Below are positions 37,586-46,723 of a stretch of DNA of 64,000 nucleotides, in pieces. The DNA lies in contig JBEKSX010000001.1 of the NCBI GenBank assembly GCA_049516635.1, forward strand, positions 1,671 through 65,670, given 5' to 3'. Both the position numbers and the translations under genes were made by a program. Under the pieces are notes generated by a model that ran no database searches, was not told the DNA's origin, and worked only from the letters and a program-made list of their open reading frames with translations. Positions within the stretch are counted from its first letter, which is position 1; each line of letters starts with the position of its first letter. The DNA comes from Ignavibacteria bacterium (GTDB lineage: Bacteria; Bacteroidota; Ignavibacteria; Tepidaquicellales; OLB5).

Positions 37586-39586
37586 CTATTTGACCAATAC
37601 CATTTTCTTCACATCTGTGAAATCACCAGCTGTCAGCCTGTAATAGTAAATACCGCTGGAGAGGTTTTGCGCATTAAATGTAATATCATAGTTACCAGCA
37701 GGTTTTGTTTCATTGTTTATCAATGAAGATACTTCTCTTCCAAGAACATCATATACTTTCAAGTTAACCAGTGATTGCTTTGGCAACGCGTAATATATTA
37801 TGGTAGTAGGATTGAAAGGATTAGGGAAATTTTGGTCCAAATTATAAACAGTCGGAATAGAATTTTGATTTTTTTGAATTCCAAATAAATTACTCACCAT
37901 TAGCTGCCAGGTTCTGTTATGCGACCTGATCCCGCTTGCTTCAGTGCCTGTTACTGAGATAAAATAAGTTGCATTAGGAACCGTTGATGAAACTACTGTA
38001 TTGAGTGTCAATGAATCCGGATTTCCGTTAATAGTCTTTACGTTGCTTGGTGACCAGTTGAATGTAATAGTACCTTGAGCCGGAGGTGATACTGAAGCTG
38101 TATATGTAATAGTTCCTGCATAAGGACCATGTAACGGTATATATACTTTATTAACTGAAGTTGCCCCCTGGGTTACAGAATCTACAAATTTACTGAATGT
38201 CAAACCGAAATCAGGCAGATATGCTGTATAATCGTTCAGGTTATTACCCTGGCAGCAATAGAACGGGAAAGTAATACCTCTACTGGCTATCATCTGGTAA
38301 TCACCTAAATAATAATGGCTCGGTCCCTGATATATCTTTATCACAGCCGGGTTAAAATTCTGGTTCGATATCATAAAGTTACGCGCAAAGCTCGCACCAC
38401 CGTCGGTTGATACTGTTCCCCATGTTTCAACAAAATTATTATTTGTGGTATCAGTCCTTGAATCCCACCAATAACACCATACCCTACCAGCCGTATCGAC
38501 AGATACATACGGCATAAACTGATCGCAAAATGTATTATCATCGTTCACCCTCAAAGGTGAAGCAGAGTTCCAGGTCTGCCCACCGTCGGTGGAACGAGTC
38601 ATATAAATATCAGCCTGGTCAGGTCCCGGAGGATTGCAAGGATATATGTGATATACATATCCTCTGTAAGGACCATTTGTCATATCGACAGCAAGCATTC
38701 CCCATCCACTGACCCTGACATCTGTTTTCAGTACATATCTGCCCGATGCATTAATAGAGCCCGGGTTTGAATGAACCGAAGCTACTACACCGGCGGCAAA
38801 GGATGCACCGCCATCGGTGGATTTTCTAACGGTTGATCCCCCTCCATTATAAAAAGCAACGTACACTTCTCCATTAGGTCCTGTAGCAATATTCGGACCG
38901 GGATTAGGTGTTCCCCAACCCATCGGCAACGGTCCTGTCCAGGATGCACCACTATTCGTACTTCTCCAGAAGTCTACCGAGTAAGTGGCAAAATTCACGT
39001 ATGCGGTATATACATAAGTTCTATACGGACCGGAGGTTTGATCGCACGCTATCCATTCTTTATCTGCCGAAGAGTTGGAATTAATATTTCCAAGACTATT
39101 CCATGTAACACCCATATCAGTTGATTTAAAGACGAGCATTCCGTTATTGAGAACAGCGAGATAGAAGTTTCCAAGACTATCTGCTGCGAGTACATCATCA
39201 CCCTGATTATTGGTTAGATAATTTAAAGTTTGGTTCCAATTTACACCGCCATTTGTTGTATAGAAAATATACTTACCTCCTGCAAAACCGGTAACCCTGT
39301 TATCGGTGCCAACTGCATTCATTGAATTTCGTGGATTTACAGCCACTGAAGTCTCACAAAAACCTGCGGATTGCGAAACCTGGTAAACGTCGAAGGTACC
39401 ATATGGAACGACAACGTCAACACCATAGGGTTCGGTCGCAACAGCCAAAATCGGGATGAATCTTGTAGGATAAGCTATATCACTTTTCTTTTCATTTGGA
39501 TCTACCTGTGCATATAAATTAACTGCAATCATAATAAATAATACGACTGCAATTAATGTGATGAAGTAATTTTTGTTATTAACCAT
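37586..39586 (-). CDS. BNR/Asp-box repeat beta-propeller protein with Ig-like spacer and T9SS C-terminal sorting domain
   Basis: 666 aa. Asp-boxes are TTNGGVNW, STDMGVTW, STNSGASW, STDGGASF and STDGGQTW. The C-terminus reads NFPNPFNPTTIIYY...GIYYYRL...VKKMVLVK. Confidence 0.8.
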   Translation of the reverse strand: MVNNKNYFITLIAVVLFIMIAVNLYAQVDPNEKKSDIAYPTRFIPILAVATEPYGVDVVVPYGTFDVYQVSQSAGFCETSVAVNPRNSMNAVGTDNRVTGFAGGKYIFYTTNGGVNWNQTLNYLTNNQGDDVLAADSLGNFYLAVLNNGMLVFKSTDMGVTWNSLGNINSNSSADKEWIACDQTSGPYRTYVYTAYVNFATYSVDFWRSTNSGASWTGPLPMGWGTPNPGPNIATGPNGEVYVAFYNGGGSTVRKSTDGGASFAAGVVASVHSNPGSINASGRYVLKTDVRVSGWGMLAVDMTNGPYRGYVYHIYPCNPPGPDQADIYMTRSTDGGQTWNSASPLRVNDDNTFCDQFMPYVSVDTAGRVWCYWWDSRTDTTNNNFVETWGTVSTDGGASFARNFMISNQNFNPAVIKIYQGPSHYYLGDYQMIASRGITFPFYCCQGNNLNDYTAYLPDFGLTFSKFVDSVTQGATSVNKVYIPLHGPYAGTITYTASVSPPAQGTITFNWSPSNVKTINGNPDSLTLNTVVSSTVPNATYFISVTGTEASGIRSHNRTWQLMVSNLFGIQKNQNSIPTVYNLDQNFPNPFNPTTIIYYALPKQSLVNLKVYDVLGREVSSLINNETKPAGNYDITFNAQNLSSGIYYYRLTAGDFTDVKKMVLVK

Positions 39587-39945
39587 GTTGTTTTTGTTAA
39601 ATTGAATTATATATTATAATATAATATCATTCTAATAAATAAATTTCAACATATTTTTTAGTAGCTATCAAAATCAGAGCCAAAAGGAATATATATTCTT
39701 CTTTATTCATCAATTTAAGAACAAAAATTCATCATGTGAACTGACGTATCCGAGCAGTAGTTTTAGTATTTTCCCTCGTTCAGGTGCATACCCTCTAAAT
39801 ATGAAAAACGGTCTATTTTGTTATTAAATTCCATACAGAACAGGAGTTAAATATTATAGTATATTTTATAACTTTCTCCATATTTTTTTAAAGCTTTTTT
39901 GATTAAAATATAGTATAATTAATTAATATGTAAAGAATAACCACT

Positions 39946-41721
39946 TTGCCAAAGGAATTTGAATATAAGGAGGAAGAACAGTACCGCGTCACGGCACGTA
40001 AATGGAGACCCCGGGTCTTCTCAGATGTAAGCTCCCAGGAATTTATAACTACTACCCTTAAAAATTCCATTAAAAGCAACCGTATTTCACATGCTTATCT
40101 ATTCTGCGGACCGCGGGGTGTAGGAAAAACAACAGTAGCCAGGATTCTGGCAAAATCGCTCAACTGTCAAAATCCGCATGAAGACGGAGATCCCTGCAAT
40201 GAATGTGAAAGCTGCAAGGAAATAGATAATGATAACCGAAATCATCCTGATGTTTTCGAAATTGACGGGGCTTCCAATAGGAATATTGAGGACGTCAGGG
40301 AATTAAAAGAAAAAGTAAAATATGGTCCAATCCGTTCGAGGTATAAAATATTCATTATAGATGAAGTTCACATGCTTACGGGTCCCTCATTCAATGCTCT
40401 TCTGAAAACGCTGGAAGAACCCCCCGAATATGTTGTTTTTATATTTGCTACAACCGCACCGGAGAAAGTACCTTTGACAATTCTGGGCAGGTGCCAGAAA
40501 TTTGATTTCAAACGTCTTACTATAGATGAAATAATCACCCGCATAAAGATGATAGCTGTTAGTGAAAAAATTAAGATAGATGACGAGTCTTTATTTTTTA
40601 TCGCAAAGAAAGGTGACGGTTCGATGCGTGATGCACAGGGACTCTTCGATATGTCATCGGCTTACTGTGATAATAATATTACGTTCGAAAAACTAAAAGC
40701 ATTTTTCAATCTTGCAGAGAGCGATGTATATTTCAATATTACCGACCTGGTTAAATCGAAAGATTTCAGAGGAATATTACAATACTTCAATGAGCTGCTA
40801 AACAAGGGATACGATATGCAAAGCTTCCTTGACGGACTTACAGAACATTATCGCAACTTGCTCATAGCAGTTTCTACCAATTCAGCTGATCTGATCATCG
40901 AATCGGAACCGGTCAAACAAAAATATGAAGCTTATATTAACAAATTCACCCAGATAGAGATAATAAATTCTTTAAAGCTTATCCTTCAGACAGAATACGT
41001 TTTCAAATATTCTTCGAACCAGAGAACTCTTATCGAGGCATTGCTTATCGAACTGATAAAGTTTACCGATACCAGGGATATATCAGCGATACTTGAAGAG
41101 CTTAAACTGCTTAAAGAAGAAATGGGCAAAAATAAAAACAGGGACCTGTTGACATCTAATATTACAAGAGACCATTCTGCACCATCTTTTAAAGAAACTC
41201 CTTCTGAAAATATTTACCATAATGAAAGCATTAATATAAAAGATAAGCCGTCCGGACCCGGTACACCTACCACTGACATTCAGAAAGACTATTCATCCCG
41301 GATAATAACCGGGGAAAATCCAAATATAAATATTACCGCTGAGGTTAATGATCTCCCTTCACACTGGACTACAATAATGGATCAGATCAAAACCGAAAGC
41401 AAGTGGGTTTCGAGCCTGTTAAAAGATTCTTTATGTGAATCAGATGAGAAAGGAAATTATTACATTACCGTAAATGACAGTAAATATGAGATCCTGTGCA
41501 GCCATAAAGATTATGTTCGCGGAAAGATGTCCACTTATTTCGGTGAACCTACGAACCTGCGTTTCGTAAAATTTTCCGAATCACATCCGGAAAAACGCCA
41601 GCAAACAGATATTGTTGAAGAAGGTGATAAGACAAATGTAAAGGCGAAGGATAAAGATAATTTTGATAAGATCTGCTCTATACTTATCGAAAATTTTAAT
41701 GGCAAGGAAATCAAACCCTGA
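39946..41721 (+). CDS. dnaX: DNA polymerase III subunit gamma/tau
   Basis: 591 aa. It shows ARKWRPRVFSDV, Walker A GPRGVGKTT, the zinc module CQNPHEDGDPCNECESC, DEVHML and the SRC-type motif GRCQKF. TTG start. Confidence 0.9.
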   Translation: MPKEFEYKEEEQYRVTARKWRPRVFSDVSSQEFITTTLKNSIKSNRISHAYLFCGPRGVGKTTVARILAKSLNCQNPHEDGDPCNECESCKEIDNDNRNHPDVFEIDGASNRNIEDVRELKEKVKYGPIRSRYKIFIIDEVHMLTGPSFNALLKTLEEPPEYVVFIFATTAPEKVPLTILGRCQKFDFKRLTIDEIITRIKMIAVSEKIKIDDESLFFIAKKGDGSMRDAQGLFDMSSAYCDNNITFEKLKAFFNLAESDVYFNITDLVKSKDFRGILQYFNELLNKGYDMQSFLDGLTEHYRNLLIAVSTNSADLIIESEPVKQKYEAYINKFTQIEIINSLKLILQTEYVFKYSSNQRTLIEALLIELIKFTDTRDISAILEELKLLKEEMGKNKNRDLLTSNITRDHSAPSFKETPSENIYHNESINIKDKPSGPGTPTTDIQKDYSSRIITGENPNINITAEVNDLPSHWTTIMDQIKTESKWVSSLLKDSLCESDEKGNYYITVNDSKYEILCSHKDYVRGKMSTYFGEPTNLRFVKFSESHPEKRQQTDIVEEGDKTNVKAKDKDNFDKICSILIENFNGKEIKP

Positions 41722-41723
41722 CC

Positions 41724-42614
41724 ATGAAAGCTCCATTTCCGACTCTACGTAAAAAAGATAATTTTCTGGGATTAGAGAAAAAATATTCTGGCTTCGAAGA
41801 ATCTGGAATTACCATACTCCCATGTCCTTATGAAAAAACTACTTCTTACGGTAAAGGAACAAAGCTGGGACCTCAGGCGATTCTGGCTTCATCACACTTT
41901 GTAGAATTCTTTGATGAGGAAACTAAAAAAGAAGTATGTTTCGAACATGGCATAGCGGTAATAAAACCATTGAACTTTTCCAAGTTAAAACCTAAAACGT
42001 CTTTAGATCTTGCTCACGATATTGCAAAAAAACTGCTCACAAAAAATAAATTTGTAGTAACACTGGGCGGTGAGCATACCATTTCACTCGCACCGTTAAA
42101 AGCACATGCTGATTTTTATAAAGATCTTTCGATACTTCAATTCGATGCTCATTCGGACCTCAGGATTGAATATGAAGGAAGCAGATTTTCACATGCTTCT
42201 TTTGCGGCCCGTGCAGCAGAAATTACTTCAAAAATTACACAGATAGGTATAAGAGCACAATGCAAAGAAGAATTTGAGTTCATCAAAGAAAAAGGTATTC
42301 ACACATTTTATGCTTACAATATCAAAGAAAAAGGGTTAATCAACATAATAAATGACATAATATATACACTGGATAAGAATGTATACATCACATTTGACGT
42401 CGACTATTTCGATCCTTCAATAATGCCTTCTACCGGCACACCTGAACCGGGGGGATTTTATTGGGATGAAACCTTATGTTTACTGAAAGAGGTTATCGGA
42501 CATCGGAACCTAGTCGGGTTTGATGTCGTAGAACTGTCCCCGCGGAAGAGTTTTCCTTTTCCTGATTTTTTAATAGCTAAATTAGTTTATAAGATCCTTA
42601 ACTATAAATTTTAA
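41724..42614 (+). CDS. speB: Agmatinase / ureohydrolase-family enzyme
   Basis: 296 aa. Manganese-ligand motifs are GGEHTIS, FDAHSDLR and FDVDYFDPS...TPEPGG. Confidence 0.8.
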   Translation: MKAPFPTLRKKDNFLGLEKKYSGFEESGITILPCPYEKTTSYGKGTKLGPQAILASSHFVEFFDEETKKEVCFEHGIAVIKPLNFSKLKPKTSLDLAHDIAKKLLTKNKFVVTLGGEHTISLAPLKAHADFYKDLSILQFDAHSDLRIEYEGSRFSHASFAARAAEITSKITQIGIRAQCKEEFEFIKEKGIHTFYAYNIKEKGLINIINDIIYTLDKNVYITFDVDYFDPSIMPSTGTPEPGGFYWDETLCLLKEVIGHRNLVGFDVVELSPRKSFPFPDFLIAKLVYKILNYKF

Positions 42615-42633
42615 CAGTTACAGGTTAAATAAA

Positions 42634-42666
42634 TAAAAAACCCGCTATTCTTTAGCGGGTTTTTAT
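42634..42666. terminator. Bidirectional terminator between convergent genes
   Basis: aaaaaa-cccgct-attcttt-agcggg-ttttt. Confidence 0.8.
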
Positions 42667-42689
42667 TATAATGTGTGTCTTTTATTGCT

Positions 42690-44255
42690 TCAATTGTTAT
42701 ATCCGTTTGTCCTTAACCATTCCTTCGCATCGGAATCACCCAATGAAGCTGCTTTCTCGAAATATCCGGCTGCTGTTTCTTTGTTACCCAAATTAACGTA
42801 CGCAACACCAAGGTTAAAATAACCATATGCTGAATTCGGGTTCACTTCGACTGCTCTGTTATAATCTTTTACCGCTTTCTTATAATTTCTTTGTTCAGCA
42901 TAAATATATCCCCTGTTAACATAGGCCTTTTCATAATCAGAGTTGAGCTGTATTGCTCTGGTGTAATCGTCAATGGCATCCGCGTAAGAATACAGTTCTG
43001 TATAAGCCTTTCCTCTGTAAAAATATGCATCCGCCGAGCCTGGATCGGCACTCAGCGAAATATTCAGATTGGCAACTGCGTTTTCGTAATCCCTATGCTC
43101 AATGCAATTTATTCCTTTGTTTAGATATTCTACTGCTGAAACAGAAGGTGCTTCGGATATCTGGTTTTCCTCTTTCGGCGTTTCTTCAACTCTAGGGGTC
43201 TCTTCGACCTTTGGGGCTTCAGTTACTTCTCTCTCTTCTGCTTTTGGTGTTTCAACTTTAGGCTGCTCCTGAAGTTCTTTTATCTCTTCTTTTGGAGCTT
43301 CTTCAATTTTTGGCGCTTCAGTGACCTGTTTCTCCTCAGCTTTATTTACTTCAGTCTTTGGTTCTTCCTTCTTCGGTTCAGTTACAACATTTTTTTCTTC
43401 TACCTTTGGTGTCTCCTCAACTTTAGGAACTTCCGCTATGGGTTTTTCTTCAATCTTTGGTTGTTCCACCTGGGGCTGTTCAACAGGTTGCTTCTCTTCC
43501 ACTTTTGGGGCTTCGCTTATTGGTTTTTCTTCAACTTTAGGTTGTTCTACTTTCGGAGCTTCTGTTACCGGTTTTTCTTCAACCTTTGGTTGTTCTACTT
43601 TAGGGATCTCTGTTACCGGTTTTTCTTCAACCTTTGGTTGTTCCACTTTAGGCTGTTCCTCGATTTTAGGTGCTTCAGTAATCTGATTATCCTCTGACTT
43701 CGTTGTCAAGCCTGCATCGACAAATTCTTTTGCGGACAGACGATCTTTTGCAAGGCCATAGTTAGGATTGATATCTATAGCTTTTGAAAAATCATTGAAT
43801 GAATTTTTATAATCCTTTAGAGCGAAATACGCATTACCGCGGTCATAGTAGAATTCCGAGTTTTGAGGTTCCATACCGAGAGCAGAAGTATAATCACTTA
43901 CAGCTTTGGCATATTCCCTGTTATCGTAATACGAAAGCCCGCGGTTCACGAAACCTCTCGTTGTCTTCGGTTCAAGAATAATGACTCTGGTAAAATCGCT
44001 TATGGCTTTGTTGTAGATTTTAATCTTTCTGTACAGGGTACCCCTATTGAAATATGCATCTATATAATTATAATCGATCCCCAGGGCCATTGAATAATAT
44101 ATTATCGCTTCATCATAATTATTTGCCTTTTCGGATTCGAGAGCTGAATTAAAAAATTTCACAGCTTCCCTGTCCTGTGCCTGGGTCCGAAAGGAAGATG
44201 ATAATAAAATGAACAAAAAAATAAAAAAAGAAGTATATTTAACTATTGCTTTCAT
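42690..44255 (-). CDS. TPR-repeat protein with central Pro/Glu/Lys/Val-rich tandem-repeat spacer
   Basis: 521 aa. A signal peptide is followed by four or five TPR units (AIIYYSMALGIDYNYIDAYFNRG...), about 180 aa of EQPKVEEKPVTEAPKV-type repeats, and three or four more TPR units. Confidence 0.8.
   Translation of the reverse strand: MKAIVKYTSFFIFLFILLSSSFRTQAQDREAVKFFNSALESEKANNYDEAIIYYSMALGIDYNYIDAYFNRGTLYRKIKIYNKAISDFTRVIILEPKTTRGFVNRGLSYYDNREYAKAVSDYTSALGMEPQNSEFYYDRGNAYFALKDYKNSFNDFSKAIDINPNYGLAKDRLSAKEFVDAGLTTKSEDNQITEAPKIEEQPKVEQPKVEEKPVTEIPKVEQPKVEEKPVTEAPKVEQPKVEEKPISEAPKVEEKQPVEQPQVEQPKIEEKPIAEVPKVEETPKVEEKNVVTEPKKEEPKTEVNKAEEKQVTEAPKIEEAPKEEIKELQEQPKVETPKAEEREVTEAPKVEETPRVEETPKEENQISEAPSVSAVEYLNKGINCIEHRDYENAVANLNISLSADPGSADAYFYRGKAYTELYSYADAIDDYTRAIQLNSDYEKAYVNRGYIYAEQRNYKKAVKDYNRAVEVNPNSAYGYFNLGVAYVNLGNKETAAGYFEKAASLGDSDAKEWLRTNGYNN
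43522..43665 (-). repeat. Three near-identical 48-bp in-frame tandem repeats (core of a longer degenerate array, about 43140-43690)
   Basis: Copies of ggtttttcttcaacctttggttgttctactttagggatctctgttacc start at 43522, 43570 and 43618. Each encodes a 16-aa unit. Confidence 0.85.
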
Positions 44256-44443
44256 TTTTGTATGTAATAAAAATTACTAAAGGCATTTGAAAAGTGCAGT
44301 TCTGCTTTATGATAATAAAAAGAGCAGACTGCCCGGAATGTTTTGTTTACTATTATAATAATCTCCATATGATTTTGTTCCAGTATTACCGCACATATTT
44401 CAATCCCCCAAAGGACTATCCGTGCGGCAGTTTAACATTTTTG

Positions 44444-44533
44444 CGGAGAGAGAGAGATTCGAACTCTCGATACCCCTTTACAGAGTATGACGGTTTAGCA
44501 AACCGTTGGTTTTAGCCACTCACCCATCTCTCC
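44444..44533 (-). tRNA. tRNA-Ser (anticodon GCU), type II with long variable arm
   Basis: The reverse complement folds as acceptor GGAGAGA/TCTCTCC, a 3-bp D stem, anticodon arm ACGGT-TTGCTAA-ACCGT, a 6-bp variable arm, T arm GAGAG-TTCGAAT-CTCTC and discriminator G. CCA is not encoded. Confidence 0.9.
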
Positions 44534-44828
44534 AGGTGAATTGTTAAATTTATAATCATTATTATAATGTTAGAACTACAAATTATGACGATTTAGTCCC
44601 GAGTACTAAACAAGCTTTTTCCGGAGAAATTATCCAAATAAAAGATAAAGGAAAGCACTCATCTCTATATAATAATCAATTGGTATCTAAAATTTTAATC
44701 TATTAGTGATTATCATAAGATACCTCTTGTAAATATAATAGTATACAGATTAAAGTAAAATAACAAAAAAGGTGGGAAAATGAAATTATTGTTATCTATA
44801 ACACCCACATAGCTGCATTGAAACTGTA

Positions 44829-45368
44829 TTAATGCACGCACAAATTATAATTATGTGTCTTTTCCAAACAGCTTTTACAATAAATATTCCCTTTTATATC
44901 AATTTCTTCTATTTCAAGCGAGGCATGCATCACACAGTCCCAGTCAATGCAATGTATAAGCCCAAAATTATGTCCAAGTTCATGCAGTACCTCTTTCATT
45001 GAACGTTGGTACAGCAATTCATCATCCGAACGCCCGGAATAGAATTCTTCATGCAGCCGGCAAATAGAGACTATGCAGTGTTTACCCCCGAGCTGCGCTT
45101 CACCGTAAATAAAAGTAAGCACCGGGACAAACAGGTCATGTTCGGTAAGGAGGATGATCTTTCCATCATAATCCGATGTTCGGTTCATTGCCTGTGAGAT
45201 AATCTGTGTTGAGTAGTACTGTCTCCGTTCTGCAGAGTAAGCAGATTCTATATCTAGATTCAGATCTACGATTTTAACCGATATGTGGAAAATATCAGAA
45301 AGACCATTACGAATCTTTTGGATCAGTGTTGTATTGGAAAATTTAACCGGGACAAGATAGAGGTTCAT
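44829..45368 (-). CDS. amzA: Archaemetzincin-like zinc metalloprotease (M54 family)
   Basis: 179 aa. HELGHNFGLIHCIDWDCVMH-x15-CKSC matches the archaemetzincin signature HExxHxxGx3Cx4CxM...CxxC, with spacing one residue shorter than the published X17. The start ATG overlaps the upstream stop (ATAATG). Confidence 0.8.
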   Translation of the reverse strand: MNLYLVPVKFSNTTLIQKIRNGLSDIFHISVKIVDLNLDIESAYSAERRQYYSTQIISQAMNRTSDYDGKIILLTEHDLFVPVLTFIYGEAQLGGKHCIVSICRLHEEFYSGRSDDELLYQRSMKEVLHELGHNFGLIHCIDWDCVMHASLEIEEIDIKGNIYCKSCLEKTHNYNLCVH

Positions 45369-46717
45369 TATTGGGAATTTTTTCGGAACCCGTATTTATT
45401 GATCTTGTTATATAAAGTAACCCTGTCGATCTGGAGCAATTCAGCACTCCTCGAGATATTCCATTCATTTTCCACGAGTATCTTATATATATGCTTTTTC
45501 TCCATTGCAGAGAGACTTTTATCGGAATCATCGTCTGTGATCTGGCTTACGCTGAACGGAAGATCTTCGAACTTTATTGTATCCGATTTACCTATCACGA
45601 CTGCTCGTTCAATGGCATTCTCAAGCTCACGCACATTACCGGGCCAGGAATAATTAAGCATGAAATTCATAGCTTCGGGGGAAATGCTCTTTATGTTCTT
45701 GTTCATTGCAGAAGTGAGCTTGTTAAGGAAATAATAAGCAAGCACCGAAATGTCCTCTTTACGTTCTCTCAAGGGTGGAATAAATATTGTAAATACATTC
45801 AGACGATAGAATAGATCTTCACGGAACTTCCCTTCTTTTACAAGCTCTTCTAAAGATTCGTTCGTAGCAGCAATCACCCTGAAATCGCTCGAAATGAGTT
45901 CGTTGCCTCCTACCCGGTTAAACTTCTTCGTTTCAATGACACGAAGCAATTCTATCTGTACCTTTTGAGATACTGAGCCTATCTCATCCAGAAATATGGT
46001 ACCGCCCTGTGCCATCTCGAACTTACCCTTTCTTTTGTACTGTGCCCCTGTGAAAGCCCCTTTTTCATGCCCGAAGAGCTCGCTTTCCAGCAAAGATTCT
46101 GCAAGAGCTCCGCAGTTGACAACAACTATCGGGAAATATCTTCTTTTGCTGTTTATGTGTATTGCTTTAGCTATTAACTCTTTCCCGGTGCCGCTTTCTC
46201 CCCGGATCATTACGGTCGTATCAGTAGGTGCTACTGTATTTATCAGGTCGAATATCTTTTTCATCTGTTTGCTTTCACCGGCAAGATTATCAGGCATTAT
46301 GAGTTCTTTAATCTTTGATTTTAGCTGTACATTCTCGCTCCTCAACTCTCTCTGTTCAAGTGCCTTTTTAACAAGGTGATTCAATTCATCAGGATCGACA
46401 GGTTTTGTAACATAATCAAATGCCCCGTCTTTTAGTGCCTTTATGGCAGATGAAACTGATGCGAAAGCAGTGATCAATATGACAATACTGTCCTTATCGA
46501 TCTCCTTAATTTTAACCAGGAGGTCTAATCCGTTCATACCCGGCATTTTCATATCAACGAGCAGGAGATCATATTTATCTTTGGTAAATTTCTTCAATGC
46601 CGTTTCAGCATCCTCAGCTGTATCAACGTGGTATCCTTCTTCTTCAAACCAATGAAAAAGAGAATCCCTTACGATTTTTTCGTCATCAACTATTAATATA
46701 CTTGCTCTTGAATTCAT
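45368..46717 (-). CDS. Sigma-54-dependent response regulator (NtrC family: receiver, AAA+ and HTH domains)
   Basis: 449 aa. It has a receiver (ILIVDDE...DLLLVDMKMPGMNG), an AAA+ domain (GESGTGKE, GAFTGA loop as EKGAFTGA, FREDLFYRL) and a C-terminal Fis-type HTH. Confidence 0.9.
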   Translation of the reverse strand: MNSRASILIVDDEKIVRDSLFHWFEEEGYHVDTAEDAETALKKFTKDKYDLLLVDMKMPGMNGLDLLVKIKEIDKDSIVILITAFASVSSAIKALKDGAFDYVTKPVDPDELNHLVKKALEQRELRSENVQLKSKIKELIMPDNLAGESKQMKKIFDLINTVAPTDTTVMIRGESGTGKELIAKAIHINSKRRYFPIVVVNCGALAESLLESELFGHEKGAFTGAQYKRKGKFEMAQGGTIFLDEIGSVSQKVQIELLRVIETKKFNRVGGNELISSDFRVIAATNESLEELVKEGKFREDLFYRLNVFTIFIPPLRERKEDISVLAYYFLNKLTSAMNKNIKSISPEAMNFMLNYSWPGNVRELENAIERAVVIGKSDTIKFEDLPFSVSQITDDDSDKSLSAMEKKHIYKILVENEWNISRSAELLQIDRVTLYNKINKYGFRKNSQ

Positions 46718-46723
46718 ATTTAT

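Noticed and set aside
39655-39672. Second sigma-54-like match (minus-strand TGGCTC-TGATT-TTGAT) upstream of the 666-aa BNR gene
   Set aside because: It has the same defect as the 49.97-kb match, with A instead of C at the -12 GC. By my rough base-composition estimate, about two such matches are expected by chance in the intergenic DNA of this window. It is not reported as a feature.
39587-39945. Possible SRP RNA (ffs) upstream of dnaX, a common bacterial arrangement
   Set aside because: No GGAAGCAGC-type domain IV motif or convincing long hairpin is seen on either strand. The region looks like a plain AT-rich divergent promoter spacer. An Infernal scan would be needed to exclude it fully.
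43321-43697. 121-aa and 78-aa plus-strand ORFs, and the idea that the periodic repeat might be a CRISPR array
   Set aside because: The ORFs are reverse-frame artefacts of the PEEK-type coding repeat. The repeats are contiguous 48-bp units without spacers and in frame within a TPR gene, so this is not a CRISPR array.
44294-44515. 73-aa plus-strand ORF
   Set aside because: Its 3' half runs antisense through the well-folded tRNA-Ser gene (44444-44533). It has no RBS or motif and is treated as spurious.
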